NCBI GenBank assembly: GCA_023267375.1
Contig: JAHFNJ010000001.1
Span: 21,878-85,877, forward strand
Direction of reading: 5' to 3'
DNA length: 64,000 nt
From: Candidatus Nomurabacteria bacterium
Lineage (GTDB): Bacteria > Patescibacteriota > Minisyncoccia > Phycocordibacterales > UBA9973
Shown here: positions 61,216 to 64,000 of the stretch, one piece after another
Layout: each line of letters opens with the position of its first letter
Numbering within the stretch: position 1 is the first letter of the stretch
Notes under the pieces: generated by a model
Databases searched by the model: none
Told to the model about the DNA's origin: nothing
What the model saw: only the letters and a program-made list of their open reading frames with translations
Translations under genes and position numbers: made by a program

Positions 61216-63936
61216 CTATTTCATTCTACTTGCCGTTACTGGACCAACGACACCATCAGCAGGAAGTCCGTTCATTCGTTGAAAGAGTTGCACCGCTTGC
61301 ATTGTTTTAGTACCAAACGAATTTGTTTCAAATCCTTTTGAGCCAGTACCAGAGAGAGAAACGGGGTATCCATGCGTATTCAAATATTTTTGCAACAGGA
61401 GTACGTCGTTCCCGATCATGCCAAATTTGAGTGTGCGAACATAGACATAGGGTGCACCACCACTCGTTTGATTTCCTAAAAACAGTGACTGCAGTGGCGC
61501 GCTACCGCCTGTGCATGATTGCCCAGTTGACGGACTAAAGGCAAAACCAAGTGAACAATCAGCGGGCTTGGCGAGAGCCGGACATGCCCTTCCAGTCGAA
61601 GGACTAAAAGCAAAACCAAGTGAACAATCAGCGGGAACTACCGGTTTTGGAGCACCGCCTCCCCCTCCACCACCACCACTAGAAGTATTTTTTTTAAACG
61701 TTACGCTGATTGTATGGTCTTCGTTCACTCCCGAAAATGTATATTTTTTTACTGACCCAACTGATGAACCATCAACAAGCACTTTATTTACTGAGTATCC
61801 CCGTGCCGGAGTGATTGTAAAGAGTTGACTGCCACCAAATGAAACAGTAACGGCTCCTGTTGGAGTGATTGTTCCATTTGCGTCTGCTGAAGCAGTAATA
61901 TGCGGGGAAACAATGCCGCTACTAAAAGTAGCGACAGCGGCATTGAGAGTCACCAGTGCCGCGTCAACAGTTGCTTGCGCGACAGCATTGGTTATTGATG
62001 AGGCGGTATCAATTGCAGTTTGGAGTGTCGCTTTCGAACCAACAGCATATTGTCCGGTTGCCGTACCTTCTACAGCTCCGTCGTATAATGTTTGCGCAGA
62101 AGAAATTGCAGCAGTGAGCGCAGTTAAATCGGATGGTGGCACTACTGAAGCATAAAATGTTGTTTCAGCGCTAACTAATGCAGCCAGTGCAGAATTTATT
62201 GTTGATTGAGATGAGCTTATTGTGTTCGCCACTGCTTGAGCAGCATCTATCGCAGATTGAAATAGTGCCTTCGAACCCACCACATGATCTCCTGGGGTTG
62301 TGCCTTCGATTGCATCATCGTGGAGTCCTTGTGCGGTCACAATCTCAACATTTAAAGCATCGAAATCAGCCGGAACAATACCTGACAGAAACACTCCAGT
62401 TGCAGCATCGAGCGCACTGACTCCATCGGCAATGAAACTCGAGGAGGAATCACTGTCATCTAAAATTGCAGTTGCGGCGTCAATTGCCGTTTGGTAAGTA
62501 GCTTTTGAGCCGACACTGTACTGTCCTGGACTTGTTCCCTCAACGGCGCTGTCATGGACACCTTGGGCGTAGAGAATATCAGCATCAAACAAGGCTTTCT
62601 GAGCATTTATTCTTTTTTCAGAAACAGTCTTGCCGGAATATCCCGCCTTAGTATCTCCAGTATTTAAAATGATGCTTCTTACTTGTGTCGCAGTGAGATT
62701 ATTTTTATATCCCCAAATAAGCCCTGCTAAACCTGCGACGTACGGAGTCGCCATTGAAGTACCTGAAAGGTATGCGTACGCATTTTGCGTAATCGTACTT
62801 GCGATATTTTCTCCCGGAGCGGCGACATCCACAGAGGTAGCCCCATAATTTGAGAATGAGGTAAGCGCATCATTTTGATCAGTGGCCGCAACTGAAATAA
62901 TACTTGGCAAATCATAATCTGAAGGATAAAAATGAGAAGTATCGTTATTGTTAGTATCATTCCCTGCCGCAGCCACAAAAATTCCTCCGGCGTTTTGGAA
63001 GCGCTCAATTGCATCATATTCGGCTTGAGAAAATCCTCCACCCCCAAAGGAAGCATTGATAACTTTTGCGCCATTTTGAATCGCAAAATCAATTGCCTTC
63101 ACTTCGGACGATACTGTGAGCGCAAAACGAAGTGCCATTATTTTTGCATGCGGCGCAATACCCAAGACTCCGATGCCGTTATTTTTTTCTGCAGCAATAA
63201 TTCCAGCAACGTGAGTACCATGATAATCCGAGTTGGTCCCTGGTAATGGCGTTTTGTCATTACCACTATAATCATACCCATAGTTACATCCACCAAGTAC
63301 CGCACCAGTATTACTCTTGCAGTTGGTGCCATCCCACATATTCGTAGCCAAATCAGGGTGTGTATATGAGACACCGATATCAATCACCGCAACAACAACA
63401 GCTGCATTTGTTCCTTCATTTATTGCCCATGCTTCTGGAGCATCAACATCTGCGTCGGCGGTTCCAGTGATATTCGCCCAATCACCATTTATCGTCTGAC
63501 CAGTGTTATCGAGTCCCCAAAGTAATGCTCGATGGGTATCATCCGAACTAATCGTTGTAATATCTCGCACGTAGTTTGGTTCAGCATATTCGATATTTGG
63601 ATCATTTTGCAAATCAGCAATAGTCTCCTCTACTGTTTTTACTGAATCCGTTTTGAGTAGTGAAATATTTTCTTTTTGAAAATGCTCTTCAATAGAAAGT
63701 GCTTGCTTTTTACTGAGCGCATCAGCAAGAGCTCTCCCTGAGGCAGTCTTTAAATTCACTTTCTCTTCTTTGTATTTCACCAGAACTTCATCCGGAACAT
63801 AGTGATGCACCTCTTGGCTTTTCATTTGCGGGACTGGAATAATAACGTCGTCCGCAGAAGCAAGTGGTGCCACAACAAGCATACTAAACAGAAGTATGCT
63901 TGTTACAAACAGAGTTTTGCTTTTTATGGTAAGCAT
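61216..63936 (-). CDS. Secreted S8 subtilisin-family protease with helical repeats and a C-terminal peptidoglycan-binding domain
   Basis: Prodomain (YAEPNY), catalytic VAVID, HGTHVAG, GTSMATP. Three A.EGT..G...VGSKA..Q.AID repeats and a PG-binding tail. Confidence 0.93.
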   Translation of the reverse strand: MLTIKSKTLFVTSILLFSMLVVAPLASADDVIIPVPQMKSQEVHHYVPDEVLVKYKEEKVNLKTASGRALADALSKKQALSIEEHFQKENISLLKTDSVKTVEETIADLQNDPNIEYAEPNYVRDITTISSDDTHRALLWGLDNTGQTINGDWANITGTADADVDAPEAWAINEGTNAAVVVAVIDIGVSYTHPDLATNMWDGTNCKSNTGAVLGGCNYGYDYSGNDKTPLPGTNSDYHGTHVAGIIAAEKNNGIGVLGIAPHAKIMALRFALTVSSEVKAIDFAIQNGAKVINASFGGGGFSQAEYDAIERFQNAGGIFVAAAGNDTNNNDTSHFYPSDYDLPSIISVAATDQNDALTSFSNYGATSVDVAAPGENIASTITQNAYAYLSGTSMATPYVAGLAGLIWGYKNNLTATQVRSIILNTGDTKAGYSGKTVSEKRINAQKALFDADILYAQGVHDSAVEGTSPGQYSVGSKATYQTAIDAATAILDDSDSSSSFIADGVSALDAATGVFLSGIVPADFDALNVEIVTAQGLHDDAIEGTTPGDHVVGSKALFQSAIDAAQAVANTISSSQSTINSALAALVSAETTFYASVVPPSDLTALTAAISSAQTLYDGAVEGTATGQYAVGSKATLQTAIDTASSITNAVAQATVDAALVTLNAAVATFSSGIVSPHITASADANGTITPTGAVTVSFGGSQLFTITPARGYSVNKVLVDGSSVGSVKKYTFSGVNEDHTISVTFKKNTSSGGGGGGGGAPKPVVPADCSLGFAFSPSTGRACPALAKPADCSLGFAFSPSTGQSCTGGSAPLQSLFLGNQTSGGAPYVYVRTLKFGMIGNDVLLLQKYLNTHGYPVSLSGTGSKGFETNSFGTKTMQAVQLFQRMNGLPADGVVGPVTASRMK

Positions 63937-64000
63937 TCGTGGCTTCTATTATAAACAAAACTTTCTTTTTTAGCGAGAATGATGAGATGAACAAGGACAC

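Noticed and set aside
1-64000. Alternative genetic code (UGA as Gly or Trp)
   Set aside because: All conserved genes are full length under code 11 and none needs TGA read-through. Only the stop-codon bias is reported.

Overview
A dense, roughly 40% GC chromosomal stretch of a small-genome bacterium using the standard code 11. The gene set and protein styles fit Patescibacteria/CPR (Parcubacteria-like), but this is inferred from recalled families, not from a database search. It carries translation and tRNA genes (partial alaS, mnmA, typA, frr, rpsU, ybeY, tsaD, tsaC, valS, leuS, lepA, ychF, six tRNAs). It also carries cell-wall and division genes (mltG, mreB, murA, murC, murD, murE, alr, glmM, a half glmU, murJ, ftsA, ftsZ) and two large surface proteins at the right end. 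I found no integrase, transposase, reverse transcriptase, CRISPR array or rRNA. The main unexplained signals are as follows. (1) About 12 single-gene cassettes, each with its own -35/-10 promoter, are interleaved mostly antisense between housekeeping genes that are themselves leaderless or short-leadered. (2) Inverted 7-bp-periodic repeat tracts bracket a four-helix-bundle (23S-IVP/Avd-like) gene inserted between frr and rseP, and a different heptamer family brackets one orphan cassette. (3) Palindromic elements sit next to tRNA ends and inside coding genes. (4) LeuRS contains an intact Nudix domain. (5) TGA is almost never used as a stop codon. Several start codons were moved from the ORF track to better-supported downstream ATGs.
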